Below are positions 24,907-33,543 of a stretch of DNA of 64,000 nt, piece after piece. The notes beneath the pieces were generated by a model, which saw only the letters and a program-made list of their open reading frames with translations, did not search any database and had not been told where the DNA came from. The position numbers and the translations under genes were made by a program. This stretch comes from Longimicrobiales bacterium (lineage in GTDB: Bacteria; Gemmatimonadota; Gemmatimonadetes; Longimicrobiales; Gaopeijiaceae), in NCBI GenBank assembly GCA_965221265.1, contig OZ244873.1, positions 74,013 through 138,012 of the forward strand, given 5' to 3'. Positions within the stretch are counted from its first letter, which is position 1. Each line of letters starts with the position of its first letter.

Positions 24907-26460
24907 ATGATCGAGAGGCGCCTCGAGCCCCTATGGCTTCGGCTCCAAGGCAAGAAGCCGCACATGCCGCATTTCCTGGACGAGATCCACCTTCACGGCA
25001 TCCGTGGGCTGTCCGATCTTCGGGTCGGACTCGACTACCCCGTCAGCGTGATCGCCGGAGGGAATGCGACCGGCAAATCCACCGTTCTCTTCGCGGCGGC
25101 CTGCGCATACGATGTACCGGGCGCTGGCGTGCGGGACTTTCGTCCGTCCAGCCTGTTCCCCGACTTCAGGCCGAAGCGGGGTAGGCATCGAGACGGAAGA
25201 GAGGAAGTCATCCTACTTCTGGAGTACTCCACGCCCCGCGGGAAGCGGTCGATGCAGTGGAAGCGGGGCAAGGCTTGGTCGAAGAGCTTCTTGAACCGCA
25301 AGAACGCCGCACAGCCCACACGGCAAGTCTATCTGCGCACCATGAGCAATCTCAGCAACCCGTCGGAGGTGCGCGGCGTGCTGAGCATGTCGCGCGTGTC
25401 AACGGAACTGGAGGAGCGCCCGCTGACTCCCTCCCAGATCAGGTTCGCTCATCAAGTGCTGCCGTTTCGCTACTCGGAGGTGGTGCAGCTGTCGAGCGGA
25501 AACAAGAATCTTCTGTTCGCCACTCAGGACGAGGGTGGACCGGAGTACTCGGAACTGCACATGGCGGCGGGAGAGAGGGCCGTCCTGCGCCTTTCGCAGG
25601 AAATCGCCCGCCTCAACGGCGCGCTGGTGCTTATTGACGAGGTGGAAGCCGGCCTACACCCTTGGGTTCAGCAGCTTCTTATGCTGCACATTCAGGAGCT
25701 GGCGCTGCGCCGAGACCTCCAGGTCATCGTCACGTCGCACAGCCCGGTAGTTCTCGACTCGGTGCCTCCCCATGGGCGTGTGCTGCTCGATCGCGATTCA
25801 GACGGTCGCGTGACCGTCCAGCCGCCTCATCGCGACTTGGTGCAGGATGCTCTGTACGGTCGCGCGAGCCGAGTGCTCAACTGCCTATGCGAGGACGAAG
25901 CGGCTGAAGCCATCCTGCAGGGCGTGTTCGACACTCTGCTACCCCGCTTGATGATCCGTCGCGAGTCTGTGCGGATCGGACGCGACACCGGTGCGTCGGA
26001 ATTCCCCACCCACGCGGCCGCTTTTCGGAAGTTCGGCCAGATCGACGGCTTCGTGTTCGTGCTCGACGGCGACGCCGTGGGCAAAGGGATCGATGACAAG
26101 ATCCGCATGAACGCCGGCATGGACGTCCCCATTGTGTTCCTGCCCGGCAGCGAGGCCCCGGAGGCTTGGGTATGGGGGGTGTTGCATCGGCGTGCGGGCG
26201 AGATCGGACCACTGCTCGGCGCCAACACCGGAGAGTTCGTCAAGTGGCTCAACCACGCCGACGCCGTGTTTGCTGCAGCTCAGGCATCGTCGTCCGAGAT
26301 CGCCAAGGAGAAGCTCCTCGAGCTCTCGGGCGTGCTCGGGCGCGACGTCTCCCAGGTCTGTAGAGTGGCCGGGCGACTCGAGGCGGAACGGCCCGAGAGC
26401 GACATCCAGCCCATGGTTGAGGCTCTGGAGGAGGTGCTGAACCGGCGGCGGGCGGACTGA
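24907..26460 (+). CDS. OLD/AAA15-family ABC-type ATPase with a C-terminal TOPRIM/DUF4435-like (DxD) nuclease-like domain
   Basis: Walker A GGNATGKST, ABC signature-like LSSGNKNL, Walker B LVLIDEVEAGLHP, H-loop VIVTSHSP. C-terminal LCEDEAAEAIL ... FVFVLDGDAVGKG is consistent with a TOPRIM Glu ... DxD. GC is lower than the flanks. Confidence 0.75.
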   Translation: MIERRLEPLWLRLQGKKPHMPHFLDEIHLHGIRGLSDLRVGLDYPVSVIAGGNATGKSTVLFAAACAYDVPGAGVRDFRPSSLFPDFRPKRGRHRDGREEVILLLEYSTPRGKRSMQWKRGKAWSKSFLNRKNAAQPTRQVYLRTMSNLSNPSEVRGVLSMSRVSTELEERPLTPSQIRFAHQVLPFRYSEVVQLSSGNKNLLFATQDEGGPEYSELHMAAGERAVLRLSQEIARLNGALVLIDEVEAGLHPWVQQLLMLHIQELALRRDLQVIVTSHSPVVLDSVPPHGRVLLDRDSDGRVTVQPPHRDLVQDALYGRASRVLNCLCEDEAAEAILQGVFDTLLPRLMIRRESVRIGRDTGASEFPTHAAAFRKFGQIDGFVFVLDGDAVGKGIDDKIRMNAGMDVPIVFLPGSEAPEAWVWGVLHRRAGEIGPLLGANTGEFVKWLNHADAVFAAAQASSSEIAKEKLLELSGVLGRDVSQVCRVAGRLEAERPESDIQPMVEALEEVLNRRRAD

Positions 26461-26573
26461 CCAACGGCTCGCCGATACTGTACGACCGTTCGGTCAGGGA
26501 TCTGGGGGCGGGTGACCCTCGCGCCACCCCATCAACGAGCTGATCGCACCAAGTGCCTCGTCGACAGGTGGTT

Positions 26574-26594
26574 GGGATGGGCGGCCGCCCGTCC
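26574..26594. terminator. GC-rich near-palindrome (GGGATGGGCGGCCGCCCGTCC) between convergent genes; possible bidirectional terminator
   Basis: Contains the perfect 12-bp palindrome GGGCGGCCGCCC. No U-tract. Confidence 0.3.
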
Positions 26595-26652
26595 GCCGAC
26601 CCGCCGTCGTGGCGGATGGCGGTGGGGACGGCCGCCCACTCCCTTCTCGCGG

Positions 26653-29600
26653 CTACCGCACCCTCATGGCCCACACCGCGATGTGACCGGGCATGGAGCT
26701 TCCGCCCGGCGTTGTGACCTTGATGCTGGTCGGGCTGAGCGCGCCGGCCGGCGTCCAGTGGAAGTACAGGGACGAACCCGCCCGCACCCGCCGGCCCGTC
26801 AGGCGCGGGACGGTCGCGGACGAGGTGTAGGGCCGGAGGCGGGCGTTTTCGGGGAGATTGCCGAAGATGTCAGCAAGATCCCAGGTGCTCATGCCGTACG
26901 CCTGCCCGCCCCGTAGGTCGAGCCACAGGGACAGGTAGAAGTCGGCCAGAATCTGTTCGGCGTTCCATGCCTTGCCGGGGCTGACGTCGACCAGGGAGGC
27001 GAATCCCGTCGCCGACGACTGTGTCAGGCGCCGCATCATCGCGCGCTCTCCTCCCGGGTAGTCTCCGCCCCAACGGTCCAAGGCGTAGCGGTAGACCATG
27101 GAGGGGACGCCGTAGATCGCGCGATCCCCGAGCAAGCACGGACCCGAATTGCCATCATCCGGCTGACCGATCCAGCTACACTCCTCGGGGGCGCCAGTAA
27201 TCCTCCCGGCGCCGTCGCCACGCCAATCCCATCCGAAGAACTCGGCCAGATCGACGATCCAGTCCTGGTACCACGCTTGACTCTCAGCCGACTGCTTGAA
27301 CTCGGCCCAGCCCATCTCCCCACCTGATCCGTGCCCGAAGAGCCGGTAAGCGACGAGCTGTTCGGCCAGCGTGGCGCCACCCTCCCACTCCCAGGTAGCC
27401 TTGCCTCCGCCACCGCCGGCACTGCCGTAGATGTGGGCATCGGCCTGAATCAAGTGCGTCACTTCGTGGGCGACCAGCGACGGGTAATACTCCAGCAACG
27501 TCTGCTTGCCGACTGGATCGCCCACCACGCCTTGCGGATCCGGCACCTGCCCATAGAAGATCTCTGCCTGGTTGCTCGTCGCGCACCGCGCGCTCGGATA
27601 GAGATCCGCCGGCCAAACCCATCCGCCCACATTGTTCGCCCGATTCACTTCCTTGGTCATCAGCACCAGAAACCGGCCGTTGCCGTCCACGTCCGACAAT
27701 CCGCCGAAGTAGTCGTCGTGCACCTCCTTGCCGTTGGTCGAGTAGAACGCGTCCAAGCCCGCCAACTCCGCATCGGAGAACGTCTCCGACGGGTTGTCGA
27801 GGTCATCCAGCCAGATCGACGGGCCTCCGACGTGCCGCACCACCGCCCGCACCTGCCGCGCACTTGTGCACGTTGCCTCGAAGTCCGCATAGAGCGTCAA
27901 CGTGTCGCCCACCTGGAGCTCGCGCCGTGCGAACGCCGCCGCCACTCGAGCCGAGCGTCCCAACGTGCGCAGCAGGGCCTGGTTGCGCGCCATCATCTCG
28001 TTGTGCGCCCGTGCCCGCGCTTGGCGCAGCGTGTCGTCGACAAGCGGCCATTCCTGCGCACCGGCGCCGGATGGGACTGCGGTCCGCATGCCTCCTCCGG
28101 CGAACGGCGCCATGGGCCTGAACGGCCCATCCGCGAACGCGGCCATCGCTTCCCCGCCCTGCGATGACGCCATCCCCGAACCCACGTCCCCGGCTCCATC
28201 CGCGACCACGACGCGCCCGCGCTCCGCCCCGACCACCGTCGCGTCTCCGGGCGTGCCCGCCAACGTGACGCCCGTGAGCGACGCGGCGTTCTCCGAGACG
28301 GAAACCACGCCGATCATGAACTCGCCCCCGGAGGCGCTCGCCGGGAGGTGCAGGCACCCGTTCCCCTTGGACGTCGAGCGATACCAGCCCGGATCCAGCT
28401 CCAGATCCTCCCGGGTGCCCGGGGTCACGCCCACGGTGCGCGCTTCGGCGCTGGCGCCCACCGACACCCGCAGCTCCTCTCTGCGCGGCGGCAGGCAGTC
28501 CGCCAGGGGCACGATGATGGACAGGCTGGTCGCACTAGCCGACACGACCCGGGCGCCACGCCCGCCAACGGTGACTTGGTTCTGGGAAGCCGTCGTCGAG
28601 AACCCGGAGCCGAAGACGGTCGCGGGCGCCCCCTCCAGCAGCACGGCCGGGTCGGTTCCGGTGATCGTGACCCCTCCTTGGCTCCCCCGGGTCACCGTGA
28701 CGGCGAACACGATGCGCGCGCTCAGGCCGTCCGCGTCGGTGGCGGTGAAGGTCACCGTCGCCGCGCCCGGTGACACACCAACCACTCCCAACACCTCGTT
28801 CTCGACGACGGCCGTCAGGGCGACCGCCGTGTTCGAGCTGGTCGCGGCGAAGGTGAGCGAATCACCGTCCGGGTCGCTGAAATGGTCCAATCCGCGCCAA
28901 TTGGCGGATGCACCGGCCGCGAGCGTGAGGGCCCGGATGGTGTCCGCAACCTCCGGCGCCCGGTTGGGCACGGTCACCTCGAAGCTCTGCTCGGCGCTCA
29001 GGCCACCGGGGTCGTTGGCGGTCACGGTCACGGTCGTGGTCCCGCGTCCCTCGCCGGTCACGGTCACAACGCGGTCCGCCACGGCTACGCTCGCCACGCG
29101 AACGTTCGCGCTCGCCACCGCGTAGCGGAGGTCGTCCCCGTCGGCGTCCTCGAAGTAGGGCGACACGTCGATGGCCACCTCCTGTCCGGCCGCCAGCGTC
29201 TGGTCGGGCAGGGATCCAACGGGGCCGGGCGCCCGGTTGGGCACGGTCACCGGGAAGCCCTGCTGAGCCGCCAAGCCACCGGGGTCGGTCGCCGTCACCG
29301 TGACGGTGGCCTCGCCGGCCGCCACCGCCTCGATGGTCACGACGCCGCCCTCAACCGACACCCTCGCCACGCCCGCATTGGAGCTGGCCGCCGTGAAGGC
29401 GAGCGTGTCCCCGTCGGGGTCGCTGAAGTAGCCCGCCAGCTCCACCTCGGCGCTCTCGGCCACGAAAACCGTCTGCGTCGGCACTTCGCCCACCGCCTCC
29501 GGCGCCCGGTTGGGCACGGTCACCTCGAAGCTCTGCTCGGCGCTCAGGCCGCCGGGGTCGGTCGCGTTAACCGTGACGGTCGCCTCGCCCGAGCCGACCC

Positions 29601-30126
29601 CCTGAATGGCGAGCACACCGCCCGCCACCGACACGCTGGCCACCCCCGCGTCCGAGCTCTCCGTCGTGTAGGTGAGCACATCCCCGTCGGGGTCGCTGAA
29701 GTAGCCCGCCAGCTCCACCTCGGCGTTTCCACCCACGAAGACCGTCTGAGGCGACATGGTGCCGACCGCCTCCGGCGCCCGGTTGGGCACGGTCACCTGA
29801 AAGCTCTGCTGCGCCGACAGGCCACCGGGATCGCGCGCGGTCACCGTCACGGTTGCCGTCCCTTGGGCCACCGCCGTCACCGTTACCACGCCGCCGGACA
29901 CCGCGACCGAAGCCACGCCCGCGTTCGAGCTGCCCGCCGTGAAGGTCAGGACTCCCCCGTCCGGGTCGCTGAAATTGGCCGACACGTCGACGGTCGCCGT
30001 TTGCCCGACCGGAACCGTCTGGGCCGGAATCGACCCGGTCGCCAAGGGCGCCTGGTTCGGCGGAGGGGCGGTGGGCGCGCTGTCGCCGCATGCCGCAACC
30101 CATGTGACCGCCCCCAGCAGCACCAT
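26653..30126 (-). CDS. large secreted zinc metalloprotease-like protein (HExxH) with about six N-terminal cadherin/Ig-like tandem domains; lipoprotein
   Basis: Lipobox VTWVAACGD. Six ~95-aa repeats (FSDPDGDxLTYTAxSSxAGVASVxVxGGVxTxxxVxxGxATVTVTATDPGGLSAxQSFxVTVPNRAPE). C-terminal domain carries LVAHEVTHLIQ. Start ATG 30126 with an AAGAAGG RBS. Confidence 0.8.
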   Translation of the reverse strand: MVLLGAVTWVAACGDSAPTAPPPNQAPLATGSIPAQTVPVGQTATVDVSANFSDPDGGVLTFTAGSSNAGVASVAVSGGVVTVTAVAQGTATVTVTARDPGGLSAQQSFQVTVPNRAPEAVGTMSPQTVFVGGNAEVELAGYFSDPDGDVLTYTTESSDAGVASVSVAGGVLAIQGVGSGEATVTVNATDPGGLSAEQSFEVTVPNRAPEAVGEVPTQTVFVAESAEVELAGYFSDPDGDTLAFTAASSNAGVARVSVEGGVVTIEAVAAGEATVTVTATDPGGLAAQQGFPVTVPNRAPGPVGSLPDQTLAAGQEVAIDVSPYFEDADGDDLRYAVASANVRVASVAVADRVVTVTGEGRGTTTVTVTANDPGGLSAEQSFEVTVPNRAPEVADTIRALTLAAGASANWRGLDHFSDPDGDSLTFAATSSNTAVALTAVVENEVLGVVGVSPGAATVTFTATDADGLSARIVFAVTVTRGSQGGVTITGTDPAVLLEGAPATVFGSGFSTTASQNQVTVGGRGARVVSASATSLSIIVPLADCLPPRREELRVSVGASAEARTVGVTPGTREDLELDPGWYRSTSKGNGCLHLPASASGGEFMIGVVSVSENAASLTGVTLAGTPGDATVVGAERGRVVVADGAGDVGSGMASSQGGEAMAAFADGPFRPMAPFAGGGMRTAVPSGAGAQEWPLVDDTLRQARARAHNEMMARNQALLRTLGRSARVAAAFARRELQVGDTLTLYADFEATCTSARQVRAVVRHVGGPSIWLDDLDNPSETFSDAELAGLDAFYSTNGKEVHDDYFGGLSDVDGNGRFLVLMTKEVNRANNVGGWVWPADLYPSARCATSNQAEIFYGQVPDPQGVVGDPVGKQTLLEYYPSLVAHEVTHLIQADAHIYGSAGGGGGKATWEWEGGATLAEQLVAYRLFGHGSGGEMGWAEFKQSAESQAWYQDWIVDLAEFFGWDWRGDGAGRITGAPEECSWIGQPDDGNSGPCLLGDRAIYGVPSMVYRYALDRWGGDYPGGERAMMRRLTQSSATGFASLVDVSPGKAWNAEQILADFYLSLWLDLRGGQAYGMSTWDLADIFGNLPENARLRPYTSSATVPRLTGRRVRAGSSLYFHWTPAGALSPTSIKVTTPGGSSMPGHIAVWAMRVR

Positions 30127-30464
30127 AACGCGGGACAATGCCCTTCTTATTTGCCGACACCGCAACGGTACATTAATCACCCTACTCCTCCTTTCCAGGA
30201 TTGATGGATTCCATATACGACTTACACAATGTAAAGCCACGACTATTCGATGATCGCTGTCAGGGTTCGAGCCCCGCCGCGATCACGACGTCCAATCAGG
30301 CGCGCCGTCTCCCCAAGGCAGCAATTGTAACGCGCTCGTCAAATCGGTGTGGAAAAACGCCGAATTGGGCCTGCCTCGCGATCCGGGCGTTGAAGGCCTC
30401 AAGGCCCACCAAGACCGACTTCGCCTGACGCCGGTGGGGCCGCGAGCCGCCCCCCCCTCCCCTC

Positions 30465-30977
30465 CTACCTAAGCTGCTTCGGCCGAACGTAGTACTCCAA
30501 AGTCCCACTGGCTCCCGGCAGATCGGCCCAGCGGTCGATGTCGAACGAGAGGACGGCCAGCGCGCCGGTGGGGTACTTGCGCCGCATGCGGACGATCTTC
30601 CGTTCGTCGCCGAACGTGGAATGGCGACAGGCGAACTCCGCGATGCCGGGGTTGTGCGCCACCACCGCCACCGTGCCCGCCTCGTCGTCCAGCCCCACCA
30701 GCTGATCGAGGATCGTCCGCGTTGACGCGTGGTAGAGCGCCCTGCGACGCACCACCGGTATCGCGCCCAGCTCCGCGACCATGAGCTCCCAGGTCTCGGT
30801 GGTGCGGCGGGCGGCGGAGCACAGGACCCGGTCCGGAACCAAGTTGTGCTCCCGGATCCAGGCCGCGACGCGGGGCGCGTCCGCCCGCCCGCGCGGCGCG
30901 AGTGGCCGGTCGAAGTCGGCGAGCGTGTAGTCCTTCCAGTCGGACTTGGCGTGCCGAAGCAGAAGGATCCTCTTCAA
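30465..30977 (-). CDS. histidine phosphatase-family protein (SixA-like phosphohistidine phosphatase)
   Basis: N-terminal catalytic RHAKS (RHG-type) motif LLLRHAKSDW; C-terminal AVVAHNP. Confidence 0.85.
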   Translation of the reverse strand: MKRILLLRHAKSDWKDYTLADFDRPLAPRGRADAPRVAAWIREHNLVPDRVLCSAARRTTETWELMVAELGAIPVVRRRALYHASTRTILDQLVGLDDEAGTVAVVAHNPGIAEFACRHSTFGDERKIVRMRRKYPTGALAVLSFDIDRWADLPGASGTLEYYVRPKQLR

Positions 30978-30988
30978 GGGCGGCGCTC

Positions 30989-31156
30989 AGCGATCCTTCC
31001 GGCGCCGCCACTGGAACCCCGGCGGGGCGGGCGGCTTGGGAAGGCGGAATGGGTTGTCGGGCTTGGTGGCCGTGGGCGGCTTCGGCTTGCTCGGCCGCGG
31101 GACGCGCGGCGTGTCGAAGACACCGCCCTTCTTCGTGATCAGCTTCCAGATCATGA
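30989..31156 (-). CDS. hypothetical small Pro/Lys-rich protein (55 aa)
   Basis: ATG with an AAGGAG RBS 7 nt upstream (MIWKLITKKGGVFDTPRVPRPSKPKPP...). Not in the ORF track (<60 aa). Composition only. Confidence 0.3.
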
Positions 31157-31346
31157 CCCGAGCTCCTTGGCAATGGGAAGGGACGCGACGCGTACCCGTA
31201 TCGCTACGACGGGGTTCGGCCGGTCGTTTCGGCTGGCGCGCTTCCCTCCAAGGGCCCGCGGGGGACGGTGGGGATGGCGCGGCCGCGGTCCCCGGAACGG
31301 ACCCGCCACGACTTGGCGGGTCGCTCCCCGCGCGGAATCCGTCGCG

Positions 31347-32654
31347 CTACGCATCGCCCGAGGACAGCTCGCGTGGAACCTCCTCCGTCGCCGCCCCCGC
31401 CGCCCGGCGCAATACCTCCTGGATGTCCAGACCGAGCACCGACGACAGCCCCTCGAGCGTCCCGTAGGCGCTCCGGACCCGCTGGTTGAGCGCGTTGGAG
31501 ACCCCTTCGCCCTGCCCTCCGTCCATGACCACGACGCGGTCGATGTCGACGCCCTCCACCGCGCCCACCGCGATCTCCAGAAGCTCGGGCAGCTTTTCGG
31601 CCATGAAGACGGCGAAGGCCGCGTCGCCGCCGGTCCGGACCTCGGCGTAGAGTCGCTTGAGCACCTCCACCTGGGCCTTGCCGCGCTCCAGAATCGGCGC
31701 CGCCTCCGCTTGGGCGCGGGCGAACGCGGCCATCTTCTCGGCCTTGGCCGGCTCGACCACATCCGCGCGCAGGCGCTGTTCCTCCCGCTCCACGCGCTTC
31801 ATCTCAAGCACCTTTTCGGCCTCCACCTCGGCCTCGCGCGCCTTGACGCGGGCGATCTTCTCGGCGGTGTCGCCCTCGCGGTCGAGTTCCGCCCTGCGCA
31901 CGCGCAGCTCGTTCTGCGCCTCGGCCACCTTGATGGAGGCGGCGGCCTCGCGCACCTGGGCGCGGCGGCGGGCCTCGGCGCGGGCCTCGCGGGTGTCGGC
32001 CTCGGCCTGCGCCTCCGCGATCTCGGCCGCCCGGATGGCCTCCGCCGACTTCTCGCGCCCGATGGCCTCCAGATAGCCGCGCTCGTCGCTCACGTTCTGG
32101 ATCTTGAGGACGTCCAAGTGGAAGCCCAGGGAGGCCAGGTCCTCGCCGGCGTCGTCGGCCAGCGCCTTGGCGAAGCCCAGGCGGTCCTCGTTGACGGCCT
32201 CCGGCGTGAGGGTCGCCAGAACGCCGCGCAGGTTTCCGGTCAGCGTGTCCTGCGCCAGCGCGCGCACCTCCTCCTCCGTCTTCCCCAGGAGTCGTTCGAC
32301 CGCGTTGTTGAACACCCACTCGGGTTCGGAGGCGATTTTGACGTTGGCGATGGCCTCCACGCTGAGCGGGATGTTCCCCTTCGAGAAGGCGTTGCTGACG
32401 GACACCTCGATGGGGATGGTCTCGAGGTTCATGTGCTGAACCGTCTCGATGATGGGCACCCGCAGGGTCCGACCCCCGGAAATGGAGCGATACCCGACCG
32501 TCTGCCCATCGGATGATGTGCGATTCCGTCCGGTGAGCACCGCCGCCTGGTTGGGAGGGACGATCACGATCAGGCTCTTGATGGCCATCACGAACACGAT
32601 CAACGCCACCAGGATCACGACGGCCACCGTCAGCGGTGCGGCGAGAACCTCCAT
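31347..32654 (-). CDS. flotillin / SPFH (band 7) domain protein
   Basis: N-terminal TM followed by an SPFH domain and a long Ala/Glu-rich coiled-coil region (EAQAEADTREARAEARRRAQ...). Confidence 0.9.
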   Translation of the reverse strand: MEVLAAPLTVAVVILVALIVFVMAIKSLIVIVPPNQAAVLTGRNRTSSDGQTVGYRSISGGRTLRVPIIETVQHMNLETIPIEVSVSNAFSKGNIPLSVEAIANVKIASEPEWVFNNAVERLLGKTEEEVRALAQDTLTGNLRGVLATLTPEAVNEDRLGFAKALADDAGEDLASLGFHLDVLKIQNVSDERGYLEAIGREKSAEAIRAAEIAEAQAEADTREARAEARRRAQVREAAASIKVAEAQNELRVRRAELDREGDTAEKIARVKAREAEVEAEKVLEMKRVEREEQRLRADVVEPAKAEKMAAFARAQAEAAPILERGKAQVEVLKRLYAEVRTGGDAAFAVFMAEKLPELLEIAVGAVEGVDIDRVVVMDGGQGEGVSNALNQRVRSAYGTLEGLSSVLGLDIQEVLRRAAGAATEEVPRELSSGDA

Positions 32655-32795
32655 TGTCCCTCCTCCGTTTGCTTGACTCGCTTATGGCCCTCGGCGTCCG
32701 ACCTCAAGCGGCGCGGCCCGGCGCTCCGAGTTACGCGGACCGGGACGCGCGACCCCCCTGCCGCCCCCGACCCGGCGCGCGCCCGGCTACCCACA

Positions 32796-33365
32796 TCATC
32801 CATCCACTTCCATTTCAACGGGAACCACGTTGGCGACGCCCGACGCCATGGTCACCACCACGACCGACTGACCCGGCGTCAACGCCTGGTCCGGCGGGCA
32901 GCTCGCGTCCAGACGGGCGCGGATGCCGTGGCGCCGGTCGCCCCGCAGCACCCGAATCGCACCCGGGCTCGCGGAATTGATTTCGAGCGACACCTCCGCG
33001 GTCAAACCCACGAAGGACTGCTCCCCGAGCATGGCCCCCGAGTTCCCCCGCTTCAGGAACCGGAACGCGGCTCCGATGAGCGCGCCCGTGGCCAGACCGG
33101 TGACGCCCGCGACGACGGCGGTCATCCCGGGGCGGGCGCCTCCCCAGAGCAGGTGCAGGAGGGTGCCGGCCGCGCCGAACCCGAAGAGGGCGTACACCAT
33201 CGAGCGCAGCGAGAACAGCTTGCCGACCTCGCCGGCGTCGCCAAGGGCGAGATCCGCGTCGGTGCCGAGGTCGGCGTCGGCGTCCGCCTCCAGGAAGTCG
33301 CCCACCAGCGACAGAAGCAGGAAGCCACCCCCCACGACAAGGCAGAAGATGTACGCTGCGAGCAT
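32796..33365 (-). CDS. NfeD-like membrane protein (flotillin-associated)
   Basis: N-terminal TM helices plus a C-terminal OB-fold-like segment. Located upstream of the flotillin gene, as in canonical NfeD-flotillin operons. Confidence 0.75.
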   Translation of the reverse strand: MLAAYIFCLVVGGGFLLLSLVGDFLEADADADLGTDADLALGDAGEVGKLFSLRSMVYALFGFGAAGTLLHLLWGGARPGMTAVVAGVTGLATGALIGAAFRFLKRGNSGAMLGEQSFVGLTAEVSLEINSASPGAIRVLRGDRRHGIRARLDASCPPDQALTPGQSVVVVTMASGVANVVPVEMEVDG

Positions 33366-33543
33366 GGGCGGGCCTCGTTGGGCGGATGTGGGAGCGGGAA
33401 TCTACCGGATCGCGGGCCGGCGGGAAAACCCCGGTCCGGTGGAGCCTCGCGGCGCGCGGACGAGCGCCCCCTCGGCACTCGGGTGGATTCGCCCCCGATC
33501 GCCCGGAACCCACGTCCCCGGCGTCGGCTCCGATCGCGGCGTC

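Noticed and set aside
30250-30292. tRNA-like T-arm motif (caGGGTTCGAGCCCCgccgcgatcac) in the AT-rich promoter region of the metalloprotease gene
   Set aside because: Only a T-loop-like GGTTCGAGC plus a GATCGC/GCGATC inverted repeat. No D-arm, anticodon arm or 5' acceptor strand within 90 nt upstream, so it is neither a tRNA gene nor a convincing att-site remnant.
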